The notes: generated from the sequence alone by a model not told the origin. 12,667 bases of DNA from Amoeboradix gromovi X-113 (GCA_018985225.1 JADGIF010000254.1:1-12667); one strand, 5' to 3'. Positions 1-9,572 are shown, counted from the stretch's first letter. Numbers and translations are program-made.

Positions 1-666
1 GCTCTCTTTTCATGCTTTGTAAGTGGCAATCCTCTTCTTTCAACTCTGATTGAATTGTATTTGAAATCATAAAGTCAATAGTTACCGTACAAATCTAAAA
101 TAAAGACTGGATGAAAGGGCAAAAGAATAGTTGTACAGAATATTTATTTTTGAAATTTGGATACAAATTGTCTAGTCTAGTTTTTACAGAGCATGTCCCA
201 TTTGTTTACTCCTCCCCGTTAAGTGTCCTCATTACGAGAGATCGTGAATTTTGAAAGTAAGATTGACAACGCCAGTCACTTCATTACAATACTTGCTCAT
301 ACTTCCACTAGCCTGAGGCGAAATTGAATAAGGATGCATATTCTTTAGGTACATTCGCTATCCATTTCCAAACGACATTTGGTAAGTGTATTCCTCTTTA
401 GGCTAGTTTTGCTTAACGTTCGAAACCTTTTAAATACTTGACTAATAAAGCCTTCATTGACATCACCAATATCTTCGCCTTTCATTGCACTTGAAGCCCT
501 TCTTTATACCTGATTCTGAGCACGATTTTTATGTAGTTATACTGATCTAGGAAGAGAGAATACTGGAGCAGTATAGCTCATTTAATCAGGACAAATTGTC
601 GAATCGATTGATGAAAGTTAGAAATGATAATAAAGCTATTTACTTTATTTGCGATTAAATCAATGG

Positions 667-1785
667 CTATTTCCTCTTGCTGAATACACTTTCTCTAGAT
701 AGCGCCATGTAGTCTTCTGTCACCTGGTCTTCATCTAACTCCGCATCTTTGTTATTTCGAATTGTTAAGTCTTTCAGACTGTTCTTTTCAAAAAACGATG
801 GTTCTTTCTTTGTACCTTGAATTCCGCTCAACTCGGTATCATTCCAATCGCATCTGTATGTAGCGAAGTCTCTCATGTTCTCTTTATTTATACTCTGTTG
901 TCTCTTATCATTTTTGGGGTTAAATTGATGGTAAGGGTTATACGGAATTGACTGGTTATTATCCACTACAAACTCTTGGTTGTTAATTATCATGGTATTT
1001 AATACTCTAGGCTCTTCGCTGTCATAAAAACTAGAAATTGCGGCCTTTTCAATTTTTTCAATCTTTGCACTTGAGCCTGATATCTCACTTAGTCTAGAAA
1101 CATCCCACCAGATTTGCAACAAATCATTTATTACAGAATTGCTTGAGTGCGAATGATTCCAAGGCTTCGAAGCTCCAAAATAATGCAAGACCTTGACATC
1201 GTCCTTAAATCTCAAATAAGCGGGTTTGTAGCTATATACAGGCTCCACAGAGATTGTCACATTATAAATAAATGGCAATCTATTCCATTTTGGGAAATAA
1301 TCGTTAAGCAAACCCTGATCTGCACCGTCGAAGCTTCCAAATTCAACTGCCTGAAACCGCAATTGCTCAAATGTGGCATAATTTGGTTTTAACACCAACA
1401 GCCCTGAATTAAAGCAGTCCGGCCACCCTACGTCTGATACAGCACTTAGTTCATCATTTTTAAACAGTTCATCAATGTTTTTCAAGATTATCATATCAGA
1501 GTCTAAGTAAACCACTTTGGAGTAGTTTAAAGTCCAGGCATAAAATTTGGTGAATGTAGATTCTAAAGGACGATCAATCAGATTGATTCTATTATCTCTA
1601 CTGTAAATTGGTTCAACCGGCACAATTATGTTAAAATATGGCACAAGTGGCTGATAGTTCATGTTTCGATTCACAATGGCGACTAATGGAATTTGGGAGA
1701 ACCTTTTTAAGCTTTTTGCTAATGTTTGAGCTGCAATTATATAATCCTCAGTTGTTACGATAGTACAATATGCATGAGAAGACAT
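667..1785 (-). CDS. GYG1: Glycogenin (GT8 self-glucosylating glycogen initiator) with a low-complexity C-terminal tail
   Basis: GT8/glycogenin motifs AYCTIVTTEDY, TFTKFYAW, YLDSD (DxD), DVGWPDCFNSG, GSFDGADQGLLN, YSYKPAY (equivalent to the autoglucosylated Tyr in YSYLPAF) and HYFGASKPW. First ATG is at 1785; the ORF track starts at an upstream TTG. Confidence 0.95.
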   Translation of the reverse strand: MSSHAYCTIVTTEDYIIAAQTLAKSLKRFSQIPLVAIVNRNMNYQPLVPYFNIIVPVEPIYSRDNRINLIDRPLESTFTKFYAWTLNYSKVVYLDSDMIILKNIDELFKNDELSAVSDVGWPDCFNSGLLVLKPNYATFEQLRFQAVEFGSFDGADQGLLNDYFPKWNRLPFIYNVTISVEPVYSYKPAYLRFKDDVKVLHYFGASKPWNHSHSSNSVINDLLQIWWDVSRLSEISGSSAKIEKIEKAAISSFYDSEEPRVLNTMIINNQEFVVDNNQSIPYNPYHQFNPKNDKRQQSINKENMRDFATYRCDWNDTELSGIQGTKKEPSFFEKNSLKDLTIRNNKDAELDEDQVTEDYMALSRESVFSKRK

Positions 1786-1934
1786 TTTCAAACGTTGGGG
1801 CAGTTTTCAAGCGGTTTATGAATTATCACGCCACCAAAAATTCAAGCATTTTAAGATACAATGAATTTTTAACAGAAGTTTTGTTATTTTAAGTATTTAG
1901 CAACTAAAATACATCTAAGCTTGTCAAGAAACGC

Positions 1935-3125
1935 ATGGGGCCATCTCTAAAGAACAGACGAATCTCTAGAGCCATGGCAAGTTCTTTTGCTCACGGTAAA
2001 AGGAAAATGAGCAAATTTAAAAGCGAACTCGCAGTATTTAATTCTTTAAGTAAACCAGTGCAAGACATCAACAATACAAATAATAATTCCCTAGACAGAT
2101 GGAAAGAGGAAGTAGACGACCCTCTGGACAATTTTACTGAAAAGCTAACTGGGTTTACCTACTACATGGATGAGAATAACTTTTTCTTTGTTTTTCTACC
2201 GCACAAGACTCACAAAGACGACATAATGGTATTCAAGATTTACAAGAACCAAATATTTGTTGCACAAATGAACATAGCTTTTATAGACCGATGGAAATCA
2301 GAAAATAAGAAAAAAATTGCAAATAGATCGTCAAGCTTCAACGAATCACAATATTCAAAAAACAATGCTATTCGAAGAAGGTCTCAAAGCTTGACAATAA
2401 ACAGAGAGGAATCGAGGAATATCAAAGATCTATTTTATTCTTTAAAATTTGATAGAGTTGGTCTTGTCAAGTTTTGTAAAATAATCGATATGACTCAAGA
2501 AAACGACAGCCTTGTCTCCTTTTTGCTAACAAACAAGAACTACATATTTTATTTGCAAGCCTTGAATTCTGTATCAAAACGGAAGTTTACAAATTTGATT
2601 TATTACCACTGCGATCTGCAAATAACCAAGATCAGCAGTTTTGTGGGTGATCCCCACCTCAATCAGGGTAATTCTATATCAAAAGTCGTCGAAAAGCACA
2701 AGGAAAACATAAAAAAAACAGTTCAAGTAAAAAACAGACTCGGGGTGTCGATTGAAGGCCATACTAGTGAAATATCTAGGTTAAACGCAAGCATGAATAA
2801 ATATCTAAAATATGAGGTGTATCTAAGCAATCAAGCAATTGAAGCGGTTGGCAGCCTAAAGAAAGACTTCACGACATTGTCAATAAATAATGAGAAAACA
2901 ATTCAACATCTAAGGGTGCAATTAGATAACGTCGATGTTTTTATTGCAAAAACAAGAAATGATGTGGATTCAAAGATGAAAGATGCTTTATCCAAGCTGT
3001 CAGGCTTCAGGTCACATCTAAAAGCAGTGAATGAAAAACAGGACAAGTACAGGAGGCGCGCAATGTTGGTGTCTTTTTTGATAGGAATTACAACTTGCTT
3101 CCTATCAATCATATGGTTTAAGTAA
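1935..3125 (+). CDS. Hypothetical tail-anchored protein: C-terminal coiled coil, then a basic patch and a single terminal transmembrane helix
   Basis: Uninterrupted 396-aa ORF. The last ~130 aa are heptad-like and end KYRRR-AMLVSFLIGITTCFLSIIWFK. No family recognised. Confidence 0.75.
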   Translation: MGPSLKNRRISRAMASSFAHGKRKMSKFKSELAVFNSLSKPVQDINNTNNNSLDRWKEEVDDPLDNFTEKLTGFTYYMDENNFFFVFLPHKTHKDDIMVFKIYKNQIFVAQMNIAFIDRWKSENKKKIANRSSSFNESQYSKNNAIRRRSQSLTINREESRNIKDLFYSLKFDRVGLVKFCKIIDMTQENDSLVSFLLTNKNYIFYLQALNSVSKRKFTNLIYYHCDLQITKISSFVGDPHLNQGNSISKVVEKHKENIKKTVQVKNRLGVSIEGHTSEISRLNASMNKYLKYEVYLSNQAIEAVGSLKKDFTTLSINNEKTIQHLRVQLDNVDVFIAKTRNDVDSKMKDALSKLSGFRSHLKAVNEKQDKYRRRAMLVSFLIGITTCFLSIIWFK

Positions 3126-3132
3126 ATGGATT

Positions 3133-3372
3133 TTATTGATTTAATTCTCTACATGCCTGTTTAAAAGTAATAATGTCTGGTATTATGTCCTTCGACAAAG
3201 CCGTGCTCCATTCGATCACCTTAAAATTATCAATCAGATATCGTTTCGAACGCATACGTCTGCCATGAACTAGCATTTCGTCATCTACATTCAAGTACTC
3301 TGAATTGTCCACACTGCCTTCATAATTGCAAGTAAAAGGAAAGACATGAATTTCTAAGTTATCGTTATCCAT
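3133..3372 (-). CDS. RNASEH2C: Ribonuclease H2 subunit C (Rnh203/RNASEH2C-like), minimal 79 aa
   Basis: IHVFPFTCNYEGSVDNSEYL resembles the family pattern HLLPCxIxxDGxAxVxxYF. HGRRMRS resembles (F)RGRxLxG. A Trp and a short C-terminal helix follow, as in the family. The ORF fills the gap between its neighbours exactly. Confidence 0.65.
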   Translation of the reverse strand: MDNDNLEIHVFPFTCNYEGSVDNSEYLNVDDEMLVHGRRMRSKRYLIDNFKVIEWSTALSKDIIPDIITFKQACRELNQ

Positions 3373-3438
3373 TACTGGGAGAAAAAAACGAATTCTTCAC
3401 AAAATTTCAAAGCCACTCTACGCGATTTATACTTTAAG

Positions 3439-4765
3439 ATGTTCAATCCCATAAGAAATAAAGTATCTAAAAAGAAGAAGAGATATGTGGACGAAAAGGA
3501 AGGATTTGATCTAGATTTGTCGTATATCACGGACTATATTGTAGCTATGGGTTATCCAAGTCCTAGCGACACGCTTGAAGGATTATACAGAAACCCAATG
3601 AGCGAAGTGCAAAGGTTTTTAGATACAAAGCACAAAGATCATTATAAAGTATATAATTTGTGCTCCGAAAGAAATTATGACTCCTCTAAATTTCAAGGAA
3701 GAGCTTGTCGTTATCCGTTTGATGATCACAATGCTCCTCCATTGGAAATGATTAAATTCTTCTGCGAAGATGTGAGTCAGTTTTTAAAGAAAGATAAAAA
3801 GAACATAGCGATTGTTCATTGTAAAGCCGGGAAAGGAAGAACAGGAACCATGATTGCATCTTATTTAATGCATTCCGGCTTAAAAAAAACTGCAAAAGAA
3901 GCTTTAGAGTACTATGCAAAGGCTAGAACATATAACGGGGAGGGCGTAACTATACCTAGTCAAATTAGGTATGTTTATTACTATGAAAAACTCCTTCAAA
4001 TGGGATTCAACTACATTCCTAGAAAAATTTATATTTCCCGAATTATTTTACACAATGTACCACATTCTATGGTTAGCACTCCATGTATTTTGAACTAATT
4101 TAGCAACCGTACTAAGCGTAGTATCTAAAAATATGAAAATTTATGAATCTAAAGAAAATGAGGATTGCAGAATCATTGTAGATAAAGGAAAAGACATAAT
4201 ATTCGTCTTGAACGAGCCATTGGTACTTGCAGGCGATGTTAAGTTTGAGTTTTCTGCAAAAGCGCTATCCAAGGGAAAATTTGCAACTTTCTGGATAAAC
4301 ACAACATTTACACCTGAGGAGGGCGTTTTGGCTTTAAATAAAGTAGAAATAGATAAGGCTTGCAAGGACACATCAAATAAAGAACTACCTGAAAAGTTTT
4401 GGATAGAAGTTCGTTATCACACTCACATTGACAAGTCTGTTCTTCCTAATGTTAACACTTCTAGAGTTATTAGACCAGTATCAGTGTTGGGACTCTCATC
4501 TCCGCTATCATCTGATGAAGAAATACCTTATAAAAATTCTGAAAGACGTCCAAGTAGAAGAGCTAGTACCAGCGATGTAGTGACCCCTAACTTATTGAAC
4601 ACTGAGGGAACTTATAATAAATCTGGCTTGACCAACTCAAGTCCTATCAATGAAGTAGATGAAGACATTAAAAGGTCTGATAGTTTACCCAACATTTTAA
4701 CTGGCTCCGACCAAAGACAAGACACGGAGGTTGTACGGTCGGACGAAGAGACAGATGAGGACTAA
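3439..4765 (+). CDS. PTEN: PTEN phosphoinositide 3-phosphatase, join(3439..4084,4104..4765), 435 aa: phosphatase + C2 + acidic Ser/Thr-rich tail
   Basis: N-terminal VSKKKKRY..GFDLDLSYI, YKVYNLCSER, YPFDDHNAP, catalytic HCKAGKGRTG and GVTIPSQIRY. The C2 domain has LAGDVKFEF and FWINTTF. Splicing 4085-4103 gives VPHSMVSTPSTVLSVVSKNMKIYES, colinear without gaps with PTEN [25 protein letters not shown] (recalled). Confidence 0.95.
4085..4103 (+). other. 19-nt spliceosomal intron in PTEN (GTATTTTGAACTAATTTAG), phase 1
   Basis: GT..AG with CTAAT just before the acceptor. It contains the in-frame TAA that ends ORF 3439..4098, and its removal joins the two PTEN ORFs in frame. Confidence 0.85.
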
Positions 4766-4806
4766 CAATAAATAAATTTAATTTGAAGTATATTTACTTT
4801 TTCTAT

Positions 4807-5626
4807 TCATGAAATATCCATGGCCTCAGCGTTCTCGATTATTTCTTCTACAATAACATCGGTCTTTGTTGATAATACTTCTAAATTAATAAATATTACT
4901 AGAAATTGGTGTGCTGAACTTATAATTTCCAAACACCTTTGGCTTCGGGTTAGGGGTCTCATAATTTCTTAAGTACTCAGTCTCGTCCTTTTTAATAACA
5001 CAAATATCAACATTAGATCCGGATCCTAGATCGTTAAAAATACCAGCGGCAATGGCATCTCTAACCAATTTTATGGCTTCATTTTTAGATAAATTAGGCT
5101 TAAAATGAGATTCAAAGACAGACATAGCGGCCAATGAACCAGAACCCATAGTTACATATGGAAGCGTGTCTGTAGAGCCATGAGGATAAACGGTATATAA
5201 GTGGGGACCACTTACATCAAAGCCACCAACAACCAATGCGGCACCTACATGGCCTTGATATTTATAGAGATACTGCTTCAAGATAGTGAGAACTGTATTA
5301 ACTCGAGGTAATGAACTGGTTTCCATACTGTGCAATTCCAATTGATATCTAGCCATATTTGTGGTATAATCAGTGTCCGCAGCTGTACCAGCACCGCAAC
5401 AAAATATATTTGGAGCGATATAATGAATCTTTTGACAGTTTTTATCAGCAACAACTTGCCCGGCTGTAGCTCTTGTGTCTGCACCCAAAACAATTCCATC
5501 TTTAAAAACCATACCTACAATAGTAGTGCCAGTCTTGGTTGTCTTGACCTTGAAATTTTTAGTCTTGTCCTGTAGCAAGTGTTCATTTCTACCACACAAA
5601 GAAAAATCAAATCCAGAAGTAGACAT
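4807..5626 (-). CDS. PUP1: 20S proteasome subunit beta type-2 (trypsin-like; PUP1/PSMB7), complement(join(4807..4880,4900..5626)), 266 aa
   Basis: Propeptide [12 protein letters not shown], then KTG|TTIVG (catalytic Thr1), [32 protein letters not shown] and [12 protein letters not shown]. The spliced C-terminus [32 protein letters not shown] matches the beta-2 tail ending MDxS. Confidence 0.96.
4881..4899 (-). other. 19-nt spliceosomal intron in PUP1 (GTAATATTTATTAATTTAG), phase 1
   Basis: GT..AG on the minus strand. It contains the stop of the ORF-track call, and removal restores the conserved beta-2 C-terminal tail. Confidence 0.88.
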
Positions 5627-5699
5627 GTCGCAAAAAATATAGAGCAAGTCAATGATATCGAGAATGATTAATTTATTACTGAAGCCTCGCCTAACAACG

Positions 5700-6047
5700 C
5701 TATAAGTCCTTGATCATGTCTAAAGCTCTAAACGCATTCCTGTTGAAGTTTATCTGACTCTCTTCAGGATTCATAATAGATAAATCCTCGGAATTTAAAC
5801 AGTTCCAAGGTTTTCCCGCAAACTTATCAAGGCAAAAAGAATTCAATTCATTTTGAATTGCCTCTGTTACCATAGTAGTATCAAGTCTATTGTACGTGTT
5901 ATCTACATGCTCTGGGCCTGTAACAGTGATTGGTATATTCACTTTATTTGGATTTGATGATTGTAAGTTTTCATAGTCATCTTCCAGCACTGGAACCTTC
6001 AACTCAAAATTTAGTTGCTTCACAGGCGAGTATAGTTGATTGGACAT
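5700..6047 (-). CDS. Hypothetical protein, 115 aa ([10 protein letters not shown]...)
   Basis: The ORF fills the space between PUP1 and the tRNA. First ATG is at 6047 and an AATAAA lies ~22 nt after the stop. No family recognised. Confidence 0.55.
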   Translation of the reverse strand: MSNQLYSPVKQLNFELKVPVLEDDYENLQSSNPNKVNIPITVTGPEHVDNTYNRLDTTMVTEAIQNELNSFCLDKFAGKPWNCLNSEDLSIMNPEESQINFNRNAFRALDMIKDL

Positions 6048-6119
6048 AAAATTAGCCCCTTTGATATCAAGTAACAAACAAAAAATAGTTTATGAATGAT
6101 CTAAATATACGTTTACTAT

Positions 6120-6192
6120 GCCTGGTTAGCTCAGTTGGTAGAGCATCAGACTCTTAATCTGAGGGTCGCGGGTTCGAGCCCCGCATCGGGCT
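6120..6192 (+). tRNA. tRNA-Lys, anticodon CTT, intronless
   Basis: Acceptor stem GCCTGGT/ATCGGGC, D-arm GCTCAGTTGGTAGAGC, anticodon arm TCAGA-CTCTTAA-TCTGA, T-arm GCGGG-TTCGAGC-CCCGC. No encoded CCA. Confidence 0.97.
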
Positions 6193-6198
6193 TAATTG

Positions 6199-6218
6199 TT
6201 TTACGTTTTCAATTTTTT
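6199..6218 (+). terminator. RNA polymerase III terminator (T-runs) of tRNA-Lys
   Basis: T4 (6199-6202), T4 (6206-6209) and T6 (6213-6218) lie immediately downstream of the tRNA. Confidence 0.7.
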
Positions 6219-8413
6219 ATTGACATCCGCTGCGCAAAATCAAAATAGCTGATATTTCCAGAAGCTATTCATATTTCATGACTTATAAGTAGATGAAATT
6301 GTTATACTTCACTATTTGATGTCATTTGTTAACTGGCATTCTATGACTGTGATAATTTGGATCAATCCTTTTGTAGTTGCATGTGCGAATTGAGCGCTTA
6401 AACATCTTGCAACTAGACTTGTAAGTTTAAATTAGTCTAGGTTAATCTGGCTACTAAGTCGATATGAGTCAAGCGCAGTCTATTTAATAAATGGATTTTA
6501 TAAATTGAACCAAATTTGCTCATCTCTCTCCATCGTTCATTGTTCATTCGCGCGTATGTTCCTGTTCTGCCAAATTCTCTTTGAGTAGATTGTGTCTTGC
6601 CACAACGTATTTGTAAAGTGTTCTGCAACATCAATTTTGAAAGAACAGACTTTCACCCTTGACTGACCTAATACTGCAAGAAGAAGCTTGAAATTAGAGG
6701 GTTTGCTGGTTAAATTAGTACATTCGGACTAGATTAGTCTAATTTCACCAACCTCAAATTGCGGTTAGGGATTAGTCAGAACTTACATGTCTTGGAACAA
6801 TCCATCAATTATATTAAAGGATCCTTCGTTTTTTTCACAATGTATAATTTGTGAAGATTAGATCAACTCTATCGGAGGTATTTGGTTTTTAAATCGCAAT
6901 CAAATGAATTTACGCTTCTGAAATCAATTAACCATTACCTATTAAGCTTCGCAATTACATATATCTAGAAATTAAGTGCAGGGTTTGCAGATACAATACA
7001 TTTGATACAAACGCAACATGTAGTTGTGTGAAAACAATCAGGATTTAGAATTCAATTCACGTTAAGTTGTATACAATTACATTTTATTTATTATATTCAA
7101 TGCAAGTTGAATTAATGGTTATTAATCTGTTTTTTCCACAATGTTTTTCTATAATATGGTAAAATAAACCTATATCTCTCAATTTAGTGTGGTTCCTTAG
7201 AAGTAAATGATCCTTGAAGTATATTTGAGAGACAACCGTATGATGTGTCTTCGGCTCTTCGATCCCACTAGCGACTTTAGCTATTTTACCATTTCCGAGG
7301 CTTGTAGACAAGACTTTTGAGTTTTATCTGTGGCCATTAAATAAACTTTGTTCTATCTGAATTTTTTACCGAAGCAACCCAAGCATCTGTAGCTGTTTTT
7401 AAGTTACACAAATCTGGATTCTTTGAATGATCAATATGAAGTCATTAGCTAAATTCGACGCCAAAATTCTTATTTTTACGTCCAAAGGCCCTATCCGTTG
7501 CAGATACATAATCGAAAATACAATAAAAGCAAAAGTGTCGGGAAAATTAAAATTCCCATTAGAAGCGGTAGATAACGATGAATCCATTGAACCCAGGTAT
7601 CAGTAAAACTGCCATGATAAATAATGGTATGGTCTTTCTTCATGCTCTTTTTGGTATCATCCGATTGCCGATCTCCGATGTATGCTCTACTATGTTGACC
7701 ATCTATGCCACATTTCTTACAGTTATCATAACTAAGTTTAACAGATTGTGTAATATCCATATATACTTTGGTGATGATTCTTGTGTGGTGGTGCTCATTT
7801 TGTTATGATTCAGCTTAATACAAATCCAAATAGGATTATTCGTGTCTTCATATATCTGCAACACTCCCCGAAATAGCTTTGATCCTCGTAGATCATATTG
7901 CCTAAAACATTAACATCTCTACCAATAGTAGGTTTCTTTAAATAATCTTTTACGGATGTAATTACTGATTTTCCAGATAAATAACAACCTTATTCATAGA
8001 TATCGTTAAAATGCGGTAGATTATGATATTGAAGATAAGGGCCTTCTTTTACCTCAAACACCTACACGACTTCTCTCAAGTCTAGAGAATACCAATCCGT
8101 GAAACTGTTGTAATCTTCATTTCGATCTTTCTAAAATCCCAAAAGTTAGAGATATTTCCTTTAATCTACATTTTAATCTAAAAAAGGCAATAGAGTATTT
8201 TGATTTCCTTTTTTGTAAACAAGATTTCCCAGGATTTTTCCAATGTTTGCAATATGTTGAAATCCCGTTTGTCTAGTTTTTAAATTTGAAGTCTCGTTTG
8301 CTAAGTAACCTAATTTTCTATACTTAAAATTATTCAATTTTTCGATTTAGCCCTTTCGATGTCTCTTAAAGTAAGAATTTAAAAATATTATTCTCGACGT
8401 CGTTGTGCCGTAC

Positions 8414-9572
8414 ATGGAAGTTGTTGCTGCTGGTATCACTCGAATCGCATACAAAAGAGGATTGTTTCCAGAGAAATGCTTTGATGTTTTCGAGTCAGAC
8501 TTATCCTTTAGAGTTGGCTCCCATCCCGGTGTTGATTGCCTAATTGAAAAACTCAATGTTTTACAAAAGAATTGCTTAGGAATATACAGTTTGACCTTGG
8601 GAATAGTCAGAAACCATGAAATCAAAGAGACTTGGACCTTCTACTTGTTCAACAAAGATCCTGTTCAAGGGAGTTGGGAAAGAGAGATGGAGTATTTGGA
8701 TCCAATAGACGCTTCTTCAGTTGTACTTCAGGTTCAATATCAGCTAGATTGTCCTGAATCTTATAGCATACCAGGGTTTAAGGAATGTGAACCCACAGTG
8801 GTGAATACCTTGGAAGAACGACTGGGAACCACCGGTGAATCTGTTTTAGTAGGATTCTGGCAAGAGAATGATAACTCTGACGTTAGAAGTGAGTTCACGA
8901 ATTCTACTACCAATGAGAGCGGCTTTGGAATCATTCCCGAATCTCAACAAGGAACAAATCCTGACAATGGGGACTTCAATTGCATTTGTCATAAACCTGT
9001 AGAAACAGATCGCACCAAGCTAGTATTAAATATTTATTTAGATAAGATGCGCCACTTGCAGTAACATATGCCATTACTGCTGTGTTGGATACACAAATCC
9101 AAAGCAGGTTGATGGTCCTTTTAGATGTCCCTACTGTAAACCCACTATAGCCCAACATGTGTCAAATGCTGATTATGTTTCTTACTTAAGCCAACTTGCT
9201 TTACTGCGCCGCTTAATTAGAGAAATGCATATGAGGCCAGATAACTGTGCTTTAACAGTCGAAGAGTTGCTCTCTTTGATTACTGTAGAATTACCGCAGA
9301 TTCAGGAGCTGATCTTTTATTTACAAGATATGAACTTTGGTAGATTCCAAATCAATAAGCAGCCTATTTCGTGCTTTAGATTGCTTGACATTACTGGCAA
9401 CATGTCAGTGCAAATACAGAAAGATAGGCAGTCTACTGAGGTCATCCGCAAAATATTTACTCAAGTGGTAATGGAGTTTAAGTACTTTAATTCTTACAAA
9501 ACTAAAAATGCCTTGTGGAAGTCCTTTAATCGCGTTGAGCCAATGACTATGTCCAGAAGAACAGAGCAATAA
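8414..9572 (+). CDS. HOP1: Hop1-like meiotic HORMA-domain protein with PHD finger and probable winged-helix region, join(8414..9022,9042..9572); start uncertain
   Basis: GITRIAYKRGLFPEKCF matches the HORMA IxYLRGLFP motif, and ETWTF and IPGF are HORMA-like. Splicing 9023-9041 builds a C4HC3 PHD: CICHKPVETDRTKL|IRCATCSNICHYCCVGY..FRCPYC. This is followed by LALLRRLI, resembling the post-PHD helix of fungal Hop1. Confidence 0.8.
9023..9041 (+). other. 19-nt spliceosomal intron in HOP1 (GTATTAAATATTTATTTAG), phase 0
   Basis: GT..AG. Removal completes the PHD zinc ligands and fuses ORFs 8405..9064 and 9159..9572. Confidence 0.9.

Noticed and set aside
4072-4121. Longer alternative PTEN introns (4072-4103, 32 nt; 4085-4121, 37 nt)
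   Set aside because: The 32-nt version gives an immediate stop (CAA CCG TAC TAA). The 37-nt version is in frame but deletes six residues of the C2 strand that otherwise align gap-free with PTEN.
7491-7800. HHH..CKKC on the minus strand as a retroelement integrase zinc finger
   Set aside because: No downstream DDE core, and no RT or RNase H motifs or LTRs are visible.
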